A DNA stretch of 64,000 nt from Paraspadella gotoi. Taxonomy: Eukaryota > Animalia > Chaetognatha. Both the position numbers and the translations under genes were made by a program. Below are positions 44,285 through 56,769 of this stretch, in pieces. The stretch covers positions 3,669,957-3,733,956 of the forward strand of contig CM119270.1 in the NCBI GenBank assembly GCA_051294375.1. The letters run 5' to 3'. Position 1 is the stretch's first letter. Every line of letters begins with the position of its first letter. The notes under the pieces were generated by a model that was not told where the DNA came from, made no database searches, and saw only the letters and a list, made by a program, of their open reading frames with translations.

Positions 44285-44924
44285 AGAATGAGAACCCATT
44301 TGTAAACAGAGAAAATCGTCTTTGGAGACAAACTTTTAGGACTTTTCAAAGCTTCTCTATTTCTCCGACGATGAAGAGAAAGTGAAGGGTGGAGGGTGGA
44401 AGAGTGAGAGGGTGAGAGAGTGAGAGGGAGAGAGGGTGAGAGGTAGAGAGGGTAAAGCGTGAGAGAGTGAGAGGGTGAGAGAGAGAGAGAGGGTGGGAGT
44501 GAATTGAAAAGGTGGGTAAATGTGGACAATGGGTTGAAGGAAAATTAACTGAGAAAAACTGGACAATTTTAAAAGATAATACGATTATCGGAATGACGAC
44601 GCTGTCGCTTTTGAATCAGAGGAAAATAATTTAACTAGTCTAAGATGATAACAATATTATTAAGAAATGATAGCAACCGATATGAAGTGATTCATTCATT
44701 CAATAAACCATTTTGCCAATGACCTTGGACAAGCTACGGTTGGTTTAGTCCTCAATCGCTATATAATATAACTATGTACTTTTCTATATTACTAAAACTT
44801 AATGATTTTACTTATTTTTTTAAGGGAAACTTCTTTAAATTCAAAAATGGAGAGAAAATAGAAAATCGGCTCGGTCCGGAAATCCGCCCTTCACTCTAAT
44901 TTGCTAAAACGGGCCGCAGTTTAT

Positions 44925-45080
44925 CGTCATCGTCATCGTTATCGTCGTCGCTGTCGATATTGACGTCGGCGTCATTGTCATCAAGACATTGTCGTAATAG
45001 TCATCGTCATCTTCGTCGTCATCTTCGTCGTCGTTTTCGTCGTCGTTTTCGTCGTCATCTTCGTCGTCGTTTTCGTCGTC
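44925..45080. repeat. (CGT/CAT)n trinucleotide tract
   Basis: Direct inspection. Confidence 0.9.
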
Positions 45081-45283
45081 AATCCCCCGAAAAAGGAGCC
45101 GGAAAAAAAAATAGAAAACGTGAAATCTTTTGGGGTTTGTCGGAAGTGGGCGGAACTCTGGACGATTAGTCGGACATAAAAGAGATTTGTGGGAAAATAT
45201 TAGGAATACATAAATGAAAACGGAGAGAGGGATTAAGCCAAAGTTAAAACTGTTAAGTGCGTTAATATTTGAGATGGAACGGG

Positions 45284-45319
<36 letters not shown>

Positions 45320-45552
45320 CAAATAAATGGAAAGAGGCTTTAAAGAAACGACATAGAGAGAATACATCGCTGACGGGATGAAAAAGATTTGCAGTTTTTA
45401 AGGAAAAACCGAAAAAGAGCGTAATCCCATTCCTTGCATTGCATTTCAAAGTCATTTTCTTTGGTCCCTTCACCCCTTCAACACTCCCCCGGAGAGGTGG
45501 GGGGTATAATTAGGCAAAATGGAGAAGGAGAGAGAGAGAGAGAGAGAGATGG

Positions 45553-45592
<40 letters not shown>

Positions 45593-46282
45593 GAATCGAG
45601 AGAGCAGCTCCGAGAGATACTCAACATCTATAAATTTCAACAGTAATCTGTCATGTCGTTGTTGGTTGTTTGTTGTTGTTATTTTTTTTGACGTCGCGTC
45701 GGCCGACGGCGCGCCAAAACAAACAACAACAAACAACGGACAAACAACACTCAGAAACCCACATGTCGTCTCTTTAATTATTAATCTAGGTTTTTTCTTG
45801 ATTCCTTCCCAATTGCCGGAGGAAGGAATGGCAATCTCTCTCATCACCTCGGTCTCTCTCTCATTGTAGTCTCGTCGATCGGACTCCGATCATTGTGATC
45901 CAATCATTCTCTCTCGAGCCTCTCACTCAAATTCAATAAACTCGTCACCAAATTATCTGCCTCAATATCTTGACTTCTTGCTCTCTCATCTTTCCTCCAT
46001 TCTCAACTATTTCAATTTCCTCTCTGTCTTCAGCACGTCTAACATCCCAAGCTCATATTTCACATGATCTCGTTTCTTTTCTCTTTCCTTTCCCCTCTCA
46101 CACTTTAATTCTTTGTGCTTGGTTAAAAGAATAATGTGGAAATTGAAAAATTATTTTAAAAATGCTGAATAGTGAATAATATATTAGATGAAATAACAGA
46201 AGAAAAAAAGAAAGAAAAAGAAAAAGTCAAAAGAAACTTGTTCTTTTCTCCGAATCTTTATTTCCAAATTTTGTTTCGGCAC

Positions 46283-46367
46283 TTAAAATTTGGCCCAAAA
46301 TTAGGCCCAAAAATTGGGCCCGAAATTGGGCCCAAAAATGAACCAAAAAAATCGTGCCCAAAATTGG
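46283..46367. repeat. Short ~12-bp tandem repeat (ggcccaaaatt-)
   Basis: About six units of ggcccaaaaatt/gcccgaaattg. Confidence 0.8.
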
Positions 46368-46644
46368 ACTCGTGTTTCTTTAACCCAATTGGAATCGACG
46401 TCAACCGCCGACGTCGTTTATCAACCGAGAAAAAANNNNNNNNNNNNNNNNNNNNNNNNNNNNNNNNNNNNNNNNNNNNNNNNNNNNNNNNNNNNNNNNN
46501 NNNNNNNNNNNNNNNNNNNNNNNNNNNNNNNNNNNNNNNNNNNNNNNNNNNNNNNNNNNNNNNNNNNNNNNNNNNNNNNNNNNNNNNNNNNNNNNNNNNN
46601 NNNNNNNNNNNNNNNNNNNNNNNNNNNNNNNNNNNNNNNNNNNN

Positions 46645-46696
46645 CCCCCCCCCGTCCTCAAACTTAATTTGGTCAAACGAGGCAGCGTCTCGCAAG
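46645..46696 (+). CDS. 3' end of a candidate exon; 5' part lost in N gap
   Basis: Perfect donor consensus AAG|GTAAGT at 46697, directly after the 209-N gap. Frame cannot be determined. Confidence 0.3.
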
Positions 46697-46741
46697 GTAA
46701 GTGAAAAGGAAACTGGGTAAGGTTTTTTTTTATAAACAATC

Positions 46742-47030
46742 CTTTGTCGGCAAGGGTCGCTAAGGTAACGGCCATGTTGGAAGCGACCATGTCAGCAGGA
46801 GCCGCTTTGGTCGTGGCTATGTCGACAGCGGCTCTGTTGGCAGTGGCCGCTTCCGCAGCAGAGATGCTGGCAGACGCCATGTCGGCAAAGGCCGATCTGG
46901 CACAGGCCGTGTCGGCAAAGGCCGCTAGGGCACAGTCCATGTAGGCAAAAGTCGCTAGGGCACTGTCCATGTAGGCAAAAGTCGCTCGGGCACAGTCCAT
47001 GTAGGCAAAAGCCGCTCCTGCAGCAGCGAT
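46742..47030 (-). other. 15/30-bp-period GC-rich tract; open on minus strand as an Ala-rich pentapeptide-repeat-like peptide
   Basis: About 19 units of 15 bp with no visible indels. Minus frame reads AFAYM-DCARA-TFAYM-DSALA-TFAYM-DCALA-AFADT-ACARS-AFADM... The opposite plus frame has repeated TAG stops. Confidence 0.6.
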
Positions 47031-47709
47031 CCCCAAATTTCCCTTTTTGACTCCCGTTGCTTTATTTGCTCTGGCGGAAGATTCGCGCTGTTCTTTTATT
47101 ATTCATGCAATTTTAGCGGGAAAAATGGGAGGAAAATGATATAAGAAAAAAGGAAAAGAAAAGGAAAAAAGGAATGAAAAAGATATAAAGAAAAAAGGAA
47201 AAGAATAGGAAAGAAAAAAAGGAATGAAAAAGAAATAAAAAGGCCAAAAAATATAAACACAAAAAAAGAAATGAAAAAAAAGGAAAAAAATGAAACAAAA
47301 AGAAAAGAAAAGGAAAAAAAAGGGAAAAAAAAGGAGCCTAAATCTTTGTTTTCGTTTCGCAGAATGAGAGACAATAAGCTATCATTAATGTGAAGATCTG
47401 ACAGGATTTACAAGCAAATCATTGAATTAGTTTTTAGTTATAAACTTACTTAATAGTAATAAAATAAAAAGAAATATATGGATAAAACGGAATTTAAGAG
47501 ACCAGACTGTCCAGTGTTTATCTTTTTTTACTCTATTTTTGGCAACAAAAAGAAAAATTCTTAAATTCTTTTCTTAGAAAAGGACGAAATCTTTCGCCAT
47601 AAAATCTCAACCATTTTTGTACCCAAAAAAAAGTAAACAGAAATGCAACCAAAATCTCAGCTTTGTTGCCCCACAATAAGACTCTCTGTTTCGCGGCCAC
47701 AAAATCCAA

Positions 47710-47990
47710 TTCACCCTCTCACACCTCACCCCTTCCTGACACCTCACACTTCCCTCACATCTCACCCTTCACTCACACCTCACTCCTCCCCTCACACCCG
47801 CCCCAGCACAGCACTGCCACTTTGTCGCCCACCATCAAGATCTCTGCTTTCGCGGCTACACACATCCCCGACATTCACGCTCTACCACCTCACCCTCCTC
47901 TCGACATACACTTTCACACACCTCTCACCTCTCCCACTCCACCCCTCACTCAGCTCCTCGCCAACCCATCACACCTCACTTCTAACGTCC
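47710..47990. repeat. Degenerate (cacacctcac-ccct)n tandem repeat
   Basis: Repeated cacacctcac units. Confidence 0.7.
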
Positions 47991-48187
47991 CCCGCTACCC
48001 GCTCCCTCGACACCTCAGTCTCGCTCACCACCATAATCTCACATACCGCTACCATTACGACTATCGCGCCCATCCTGCACACCTCAGACTGCCTCCCTTC
48101 ACCACACAATTCGCGGCCCAATATTTTTTTTCAATTCCAGAGTGCTCCCGATATTTTCTCCAGATTCCCTTTGAAAAAAAAAAAGCC

Positions 48188-48253
<66 letters not shown>

Positions 48254-48702
48254 GAAGAAGAGAGAGAGAGAGAAGAGAAGGAAGTCGGGGTGACAGTATC
48301 ATCTGGGTCCCGGGATGGGAAGAGTAATGGAAAATTAAGGAGTACAGGGGGAAGGGAGAAGGAGGAAAGGAACGGCGGAGAGAAGTAAGGGAGGAGGAAA
48401 GGAAGGCGCCAAAGAGAGAAAGGAAAAAGAGAGAAAGAAAAAAGGGCAACAGGATGATCGCGACGAGAGGAAAGAGAGGGACGGCGCCTTTCCCCTTTTC
48501 CATTTCCTGACCCTGAGCGGGCGGCGCCCCGCGTGGATGGACCCCGGATGTGGGCCGAGGACCCGGGATGGAGGGGGAGGCGGAGGAGGGGGAGGGCTGT
48601 CAACTGGATCTGGATTAGCAGAGGGAAGAGGTGAGAGAGAGAGATGAGAGGAGAGAGAGAGAGAGAGAGAGAGGAGANNNNNNNNNNNNNNNNNNNNNNN
48701 NN

Positions 48703-48734
<32 letters not shown>

Positions 48735-49144
48735 CCGGAGAATAGCTTCTCCGTCACGACAGGGGCCAAAGATGTCGCGATTTTGGGAGAAAAACTAAAA
48801 AAATAAATAAGATTCTATTCTTTAATAATTAAATAATATAAGAAAAAGAAGATAGAAAGTGAGTTTAACTAAATACATACAATTTAATAAGGCTACAACT
48901 GGCTAGATTAAATTCAGTCAGTTTGTACTCATCTCATCTCATCGACAAATAGAGGCTCCAGTTTAATCTATTTTCATTAAAGTTTAAACTCAGAAAATGA
49001 AGAAAAAAAAGAAGAAAATTTGCGTTGATAAAAAGAAGAAAAAATGTTTGAAAGGAAAAGAAGAAAAAATCTGAGAAAATAAAAAGAGAGAAAAAAAACC
49101 AAGGACAAAGATAAAAAAAGAGGAGGAAAATAAAAAATATCTAA

Positions 49145-49167
49145 ATAAATGAATAAATAATAAAAAA

Positions 49168-49262
<95 letters not shown>

Positions 49263-49269
49263 AGTAAAA

Positions 49270-49341
<72 letters not shown>

Positions 49342-49345
49342 AAAA
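49145..49345. repeat. Compound (AAAT)n(AAAG)n microsatellite
   Basis: Direct inspection. Confidence 0.97.
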
Positions 49346-49583
49346 AAAAGAAAGAGATTTGAATTTGTAATTCGAGAGATTTTCTTTTGCTCACGATCTC
49401 CTTTTTCCCTTTTATTCGAAACGACCTCCAGCGGTCATTTCAAAGCTGCCATTTTCGTGGAAGACGCAGCGCCCTTCTCGAAAAAGAAAAGCATGGAAAA
49501 TATTTAGCATAACGGAACATTATTCATAACATTCTTTGAAACATTATGCCACTTCATTGATAGAGAAGCCAGGTACTCTGGGA

Positions 49584-49709
49584 GTGAATAAACGAGACTG
49601 TGAGAGAGTCTTGATTGAAAGCTTGCAGGAACCTGCTATGTCATTATCTTGTAAGAGTGATGGAGGCCTCAAACCATCAAAGCCTGTCCAAAGTCAGGGG
49701 AAAGATAGC
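49584..49709 (+). repeat. Dispersed ~125-bp structured repeat, copy 1 (degenerate minimal-hammerhead-like motif, possible Penelope-like element remnant)
   Basis: Collinear with 58835-58957. Shared blocks: tcttgattgaaagcttgcagg, gctatgt, atcttgtaagag, agcctgt, caggg, agatagc. Confidence 0.7.
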
Positions 49710-50639
49710 TTATTTATTAAATGAATGGATAATTTTTATATTGATTGTACCAATGTCATTATATTATAACCTCATTATAAGCAAACCTTAAAGTCCGTAT
49801 AAAATATAACGCAGGAGACTCCTATTCCCAGTAAGATTATCTCACATCAGCTGACTGCTCTCTCTACCCAGTGCAAGTTAAGCAAGCAAAAGAAGCTAAA
49901 ATGTTGTTTAGACCGTGTCAAAAAACTAAAAACTAAAACAAAACAACAAAACAAAAATGTAAATAAACAAATTGGAAAAGTGAGGGATTTTTTTTTCGTT
50001 TTATTTATTCATAGAATTTCATTTTTGATTATAAAATTTTTATTGATAAAAAAAAAATTAGAAATTAAGAATTCTTGGAAATGCTTATGTCGAAAGATAC
50101 ATCGATAATATTAATAAAATAGTTTTAGTCGTTTCATTTTTAATCTTATTCAAATCGTTTTGAAGTTGATCCAATAAAATCGAAACATCAATGAATCAAA
50201 AAACGAGAAAATGGCTCTTTAGCGGATTCGCTTTAAGCCTACTCCACGGTGCTAACAATAAGAATGATAATAAGGGAGCTCGATGCAGCGCGCTGATCTG
50301 ATTCTCTGGAATTAATAATTCAGAGGGGAAGACTGACAGAGAGACAGAGACGATATGCGAAGACGAGAGATAGAGAGAGAGAGCGAGAAGATCTTTTTGA
50401 TTTTGAATACAGTTTATTGGCACACTGGGATATCATCGGTGCATATCTAGCCGCCAACCCAGTTTAAATCACGTCCTTTAAGGCGACCATTTAAGTTACA
50501 CACACGACCAGCCTTTTGATACCATATATGACAAATTTTTAGGCTCCTATTACATCATATGTTTCCATAACGTATGATGGAAAACACAAACGTTCTGAAC
50601 CTTGCTAAAATTAACTCCGGCATATCTAGGCATCTGAGT

Positions 50640-50935
50640 GCTATAACTTTCTATCGAATACACGTTGGGTCACTCCGTATAATCGCGTTGACACGAAAGA
50701 CAAAAATATTGACAACTTGCATAAAAAGCTACCCGATTCAGAGGTAAAATTAGTTAATCGTACCAGTCATACCGAAGCCCAAACAACCACATCAAAAATA
50801 GGTTTGCTTAACTGTTAATCAATAGCAGTTCCGTCTATAACTCACGGAACCTCACTTGGTTACATCCAAAACAAATTAAAGTTAATTTGCGCCTCGTGAA
50901 TTTACTTGTTCCAAGACCAAGTTAAATGTACTAAT
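50640..50935 (+). mobile_element. Possible older LINE fragment (start of an APE endonuclease, CR1/L2-like)
   Basis: Plus frame from 50795 reads KIGLLNC*SI, resembling the APE N-terminal strand (...LLN[C/V]RS). A broken T-E...T-W-L motif follows at ~50840-50862. Confidence 0.35.
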
Positions 50936-51199
50936 TAGCGTCTCAGTAGAGTTTGATAAAATAAAAAAAATAAAAAAATTTTTGATTAATTTAATTAATT
51001 TGGACCCCCTTCGGGGCAGGCCCCCTTTTCTCTTCCTCCGACAGATTCACCGACTTCACAGATATGTGTGGCTAACCCGTTTGAGAGATCCGCATCTTCA
51101 CACACGAAAGTGAGAGTCGGATCCCGCGCGCCTACAAGGGAGACGGACGTATGTCAATGGAGAGTAACTTATTAGTCTCGGTCTGTTGTCTGTTCCATT

Positions 51200-54150
51200 G
51201 CGTTCCGGTTGGGTCTACGTGCGTTGTTCAAAATTAAGAGGCCCAGTTCTAGGGAATAAACGCTGAGAACTGTCTTGTATGTTCTTTGCTGTTTTACCCC
51301 ACAGTTAGATCTCGAATTCGAAAAAGAATGGTCTTCCCGCCACTATATCCACTTTGCTACTAACACGTCGCGCACTCAAAAGAAGCCAGCAGCCGTTTTA
51401 AAACAAAAATGTCCTTTAAATGGGTGTTTTTCGACGCTTACGCTACCACTCGCGCCATCCATTAAGTAGTAGTTATTTTGAAAACATATCTTTCGGGAGA
51501 ACTCCAGCGCCCAATTCTTCAAATGCTTGGACCCTGGATCTTCCAGTTTTCGTCCAATGGAACCTCGGACCATAGGCTACAGTAACAAAAACGCTTCTGC
51601 ATATTCTTCTGAATTAACAGCGTTTTCTGATCACATTACGTTGTAAATTATTTTAATTATAATCTGGGATTCTATTTCCCCTTTGTCAATCGTTTTTGAT
51701 CCCGTTCCTCTCAGATTCCGAAAGTCTCCAAATTGCCTTTTCCAAACCACTTCATTTATTGTAAATCTTCTTCCACAGTAATTTTTTTGGTCCCAGAGTG
51801 ACTCCCAAAAATTTTACTTTGTCGGACCACTCTCGGGACCGTTGGTGCACCAAGAGGACTCGAGGTTTCATTATCAGCCCTTCAGATTGAATTTTCGTTA
51901 GGCGACTAAAGATCTATAAATTTGACTTGTTGAAAGGCGGCTAATTTTAGGCCCGGCCATTTGGTGCACCCACTCCTTCTAAAAAATTAATTTAATCTTT
52001 TAATTCCGTAGGTTTTGCCATTAGTCAGATTATCTGCGATAGGTCCATTGCTGCTTGATCATCGGCAAATTTGCAGCTGGCTCTATTTCTGTTGCCCCCT
52101 TTCAAATACGTCCGTCTGTGATGAATATTGAAAGGTCTGGGGGGACCAATTACCCCTCCTTTGTGGCAGTACCAGTTGTTGAATTTTGAATAGATTTTGC
52201 GACTTCCTCCTGCCCTTCGTGGACGGTTATAAATCGGTCACTTAAGAAACTTGCCTTATGCATCCAAACTTAATTGTGATGTAAGCCCTTTTTTGCTATT
52301 TTGTAACGTAAGCCCATTCCACCAGAGATAGATCGATATGCCTAGTTCGATGGTCAAGAAAAACAACCTACTACACATTTCTTTTCCGAAAACGCCCTGA
52401 TATTACACCTTCTGTTAATCAAAACAGCATGAGCTCTTGTGGCACCTCCGATTCCTCTATATATCCACTTTGATAGACGACTTTTCTCATCCCTTCTCTT
52501 GTCCAGATCCACTATTAGCCCTTTTTTTTAATAATGTCTCCAAAGGACTTTACCTATACATGGAAAGGAGACTTATTGGACGATGATTTTGGATTCTTTT
52601 ACAATCTTTTCCTTTCTTCGGAAGAGTTATTTAGCCTTCTGCTTCTTTTCACGCCTGATTAAAGGCCTCTTGCCCAACCATATGTTGAATAATGTCAGAA
52701 GTTGAAGTAGGACTGTAGCTGCATTTATTCCGCCTTGGAGGGCATACAAGCTAAGTGACTCCGCGTCTTCGTGCCTGCAGCCTGACTTACTTTTTACACT
52801 CACGTAATACCGCTATTAAATTCTCGCTGACGAAGTCGGGCTGTTCTCACTCTTCCTGCTCGTTTTTTGCTAGCTGGAAACAAACCTTCCAGACTATTTT
52901 AAGCAGTAATCGTCCTATCTCTTTTCCTCCACTATCATCGATCAAAAAGTTTCATCCGGGTCGGGATTCGTAAACCTTTTCTCTAGCTTCTCCTGCATGT
53001 GTTATCGCTCGTTCTTTAGCCTTACTGCTTGGTGTCCTATTTGCCTCGATCAAGTGCTCGCGGCAGGGCGATTTCCGAATGTCCTCTATATTTGGCTATT
53101 CCTTGTAGTACTATCTCCATTTCTTCTTTTCTCGCCTGTTGTGGTATTTGCCATAATGTCTACTTTTTGACTTCCCAATGAAGTTGCCTCGTCATTTCTT
53201 AAGGACTTTTCTTAAGTTCCTGGGAACCCTTTATTGATATATCTATTCTTAGCGACTCATTCGTTTGCTGCGGTCGCTTCTCCTCCTCCAAATTGTGCAG
53301 CTTTTCCTTTATCCCCAGAAGATATTGGACTGTTTTGACAGTTTATTGGAACCTTTAGGTTCTCACACAGTTCTTTCTTTAAGTACTTTCGTCCATAGCG
53401 TCTCTATAATTATGTGAGCAAATTCTTTGCCCAATTTTTCTATAGTTTACCGTTATCGTCTTCCTGGGACGCGTGCGCATGCTAGCCCACAACGACGAGC
53501 TTCTCGACTTGCTCTGCGAACTTTTGCACAATCTGTAATTTTTCCCTCTTAGCTAGCCATTGCTCTCCCCGTTTCCAAAGCCTATCTATCGTAATGCTGT
53601 GCGGCAATCCAGTCCTACACATTCGCTCTGTATTAGAGCACCCCGTGTTCCATTCACAGCTGTCTCATCCAAGAAGTTCTAATCGTTGCACAGGCTCAAA
53701 ATCTACAGCAGCGCCTTTTGCCCGTTGCTTGAGAAACTGAAGAAAGTTGTTCTCCGCCCGTATTTACAGCATTGTAAGTTTATATTTTTCCACGCTGATC
53801 TTCCCAACACGTTTCCCTTCTGTATTTGAGTTACCCTCCAAGGCATGCCTCAGATTTCGCCATTCATATCCTCCCATTTATTGAGACTTGCGCTATCCTT
53901 TTTACCGTCATGTCTTGCATTGATATTTGTTCAAAGTATTTCGTTTGGCGCTTTACTGTCTCTGCGGTGTACTGTAAATTGTGGATTATCAACATAATTC
54001 CCAGTTTAGCAGTGACTAATTCTTACACCACTAATTGATTCTGCGTTCTGAGTCTTTTGCTTTTTATACTTCAAGAATGAGATTTAATCCTTTGTGGCGA
54101 CATAGCATTAATACTCCCCCGGGATTGCCGTTGTGTTTGTTGGAACGGTG
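51200..54150 (-). pseudogene. LINE ORF2 (APE endonuclease + reverse transcriptase), disrupted
   Basis: RT motifs as listed for the element, with frequent 1-nt frameshifts. Boundaries approximate. Confidence 0.85.
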
Positions 54151-54249
54151 GTCTCTTCTCACTGTGATAAATTACCTAAAAGCGTATTCAATCTTCGTTT
54201 TTCAATCTTGCTCAGATGTCGTTAACTTCAACCAACTATTCGTATGTCT

Positions 54250-56400
54250 GCTGCAGTAAGTAGCGTAATTGCTTTTCTCTATTAATTAAATTTTCTAAAT
54301 TTCTAAATCTCCTAGTATGATAGCAGTTTCGTTCACCCTGCAGTATGCGACCTGCCCTTTATTGTACTGGTCCAAATCTCTTGCAAAACGCTGCTTGCTC
54401 TTGACTGTACTGAAGGTATTCGCTGAGGGCTTGCTCAGATTATCTGGTGGTGCATCTGTTACTGCTGTACCTGCCACGACCGCGCGGCGTTCCCATGTTG
54501 GAGGTGTTTGGCTCTTGGACATTGTCGTTTGTTGTGACTCCCTCGCATATAGGCTGGAATTGGCTGCAGTTAAGCCCCAGAGTCGCGCATTGGCGCCTGC
54601 CACTGTTGGTTCGTTGTCCCCACTGTGCTGGCTGTTAGTTGCTGTAGTTCCCGGTCTGCTGATTCATTGCATCCGTGGCTTTCTTGTTTGCCTATTTGCC
54701 CTTCCAATCGCCTCCCTGTAATGTTGTAGATTGGCTTTGTGAAGCGCGTCCCCACTTTGAGCCGAGTTGCTATATCCGCCTGCTTGATTCTCCGTTCGCG
54801 TATCGTCCGGAGCATTGATGACATGTGCCGCCAGTCGGCACGCTTCGGGACATGAATTGCCTGTAGGGGCTATTTGACACCATGTTGAAAATAACCTCGC
54901 GGATCGTTCCTGTTCCTTACCATCCGAATCATTTGTAGGCCTATTTTTAATATTTTTATTCTTTGTTGCATTCATCCTTCAAGTTTCATACCAAGTCTCC
55001 TGTTGGACTTTTTCCGCAATATGTTTCTAGCCAAATTACGTTACTGTAGTTATCCCCTAACAGACCCCACAGTTCTAACCATTGAACTCATTCAGAACTT
55101 TGCACATTGCCAAGCCACATGGCTTCACAATTCACTATGTCATCGCCTTGTTTAAGTTACTCGACGCAATGTTTGGCACTTGTCACATTTGCATACTGTC
55201 CTCGATGTCCCTGTCGCGTGTTGCCCTGTAGGACTCCATTTCCTAATTTTTCCCCTTCTCTGTTTCTTTGTCCCATGGTACGGCCCTTGCGTTACTTTTC
55301 TTGCTCTTGCATTCAGTTATTCGCGGCCATGTAGCTGCACGCCCTCTATAGGCTTGCAGAATGTGGGCCTTGACAATTTGCCGCAAGAGATTTCTTCGCT
55401 CCTTGCCTTGACAATCCTTAATCCTACGTGATTTTGTCCGCATCAGAACATTTGTTTTCTGGTTTTCTGACAGTGCAAGCTGAGTGTGTCCGACCTGTTA
55501 AACATTTACAGCATTGTGTAATTTGCAACTCTGTTTGAATCTTCGACTTTCATGTCATCTTGAAAAGGTATCTGAAAACCCTCCACCTATTAATGCGACC
55601 TTTTTCGACTACGATCTTCAGCGTAAACTCACACGCTCCAAGTGGAGTTGTTCTCTTTGCCGCACCGCTTTTTATCCGCTTTAGCTTCTGAAGCCGTGAG
55701 TAGTTTGTCCGTCTCAATTGACTTCTATGATGTCCTCCTCTGCCAATTTCAGCGGCTCCTTAAGCCCCCGTATGGACGACGCTCTGTCTGTATTCGTATT
55801 CGCGTCTGAGAGTTCTGCCGGGAACAAGTGTGTATTCATTAGACTTCCCATAGTTCCAGTTTCAAGAGACTCATTACAAGTCTTTCGGGTTTCTCCCCGT
55901 CAAAGAACAATTTTACTCCCTTTCTGCGTGTATTTTTGAATCCCATCTCAACTCTAATACGCCACAATTCACGCCGGTCTGTTATACTTTTAATTCATAA
56001 TCTCGTGTTTAAGATTTTTAGCGACTCCAGAATTAGCGGCTATTTTCAGCCACGATAAAGTGACCTTGCCTTACTAGTACAGCCAGTTTCTTGTTAAGAG
56101 ACTTCCCTTCGAGCATGTGTTAGCTCTGTACTTCGCTCGGCAATCTCCCGACTTGTTCTTCCTTCCTGGGCTCGAGACTTGGAGCAACGCCTCCCAGTAG
56201 CTTCAATTTCTTCCAGCTTCGTCGGTTTCGCTTCGTTTCCCGTTCCTGTACTTCACCGAGTTTGACTCGTCCACTTTCTGCCCCGACTATGCTCTAGCCC
56301 ATCCGCGTTTTCAGATCGCTTGCTGGACTCTTGGCGTTTCGACCTGTGACTGTAGTTATAAATTGGCGTCTTTGCCGATTTGTTTCTGCACTAAACTTTC
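54250..56400 (-). pseudogene. LINE ORF1 (gag-like nucleic-acid-binding protein), disrupted
   Basis: Located upstream of ORF2, with coding-like composition. ORF fragments 54664-54975 and 54570-54824 show Cys/His spacing and an HKAN segment reminiscent of broken CCHC knuckles. Boundaries approximate. Confidence 0.6.
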
Positions 56401-56735
56401 TTACGTAAAACTGTGCCTTTTCTCCCACTATACCTTTAATTTCTCCAATTTCATTCGCTATCGAAGACCTTTAACAAAGTTTTACAAAGTACGCTTTCTT
56501 GATTTAAGTTGGCACTGCTCCTTTATTCCGATTTCAGGTCGCGACTGGTTTTTCTGCTGTGTGTTTGACATTGTAACACTAGATCTAAATGTAGATATAG
56601 CTAGTATAATTCGCGACTAGTTAGTAATAAGTGCTAACATCGTGAGAGGTTAACTCGCAGACCCCTTGTTTCGTAAAATTTTCCAAGTCCGAGCATGATT
56701 TTTTAAAAAACAAATTATTCAGAGGATCGACTCAT

Positions 56736-56769
56736 ACGTCTGGTTGTTCCGGTCGGCAGGTTAGACTAT
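56736..56769 (-). promoter_or_regulatory. Putative LINE internal Pol II promoter (Inr + DPE)
   Basis: Minus strand reads TAGT (A = 56767) ... AGACGT starting at +27. Drosophila jockey/Doc/I elements use an Inr with an RGWYV DPE at +28. Lies where element-like sequence gives way to AT/AG flank. Confidence 0.5.

Larger units (their letters stand above)
50990..56768 (-). mobile_element. Near full-length (~5.8 kb) non-LTR retrotransposon, Jockey/I-group-like, frameshifted
   Basis: Minus-strand RT motifs in correct order: NHRPISLL (52565-52588), FLD..E..YD..WWNGL (~52310-52370), LPQG-GVIGP (~52140-52173), CKFADDQ (52055-52075), KVKFLGVTL (~51795-51820). APE-like region at ~53500-54100; Cys/His-containing ORF1 remnant at ~54700-54900. 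No RNase H recognised. Confidence 0.9.

Noticed and set aside
44904-45473. Acidic DDENDDEDDD protein
   Set aside because: A (CGT/CAT)n microsatellite inside an ORF otherwise made of AG-repeat and AT-rich sequence.
49680-49709. Twister ribozyme-like P4 hairpin (GCCTG-TCCAAAGT-CAGG)
   Set aside because: It resembles the twister P4/L4, but I could not place the conserved UAA cleavage loop or the pseudoknot partners in either copy.
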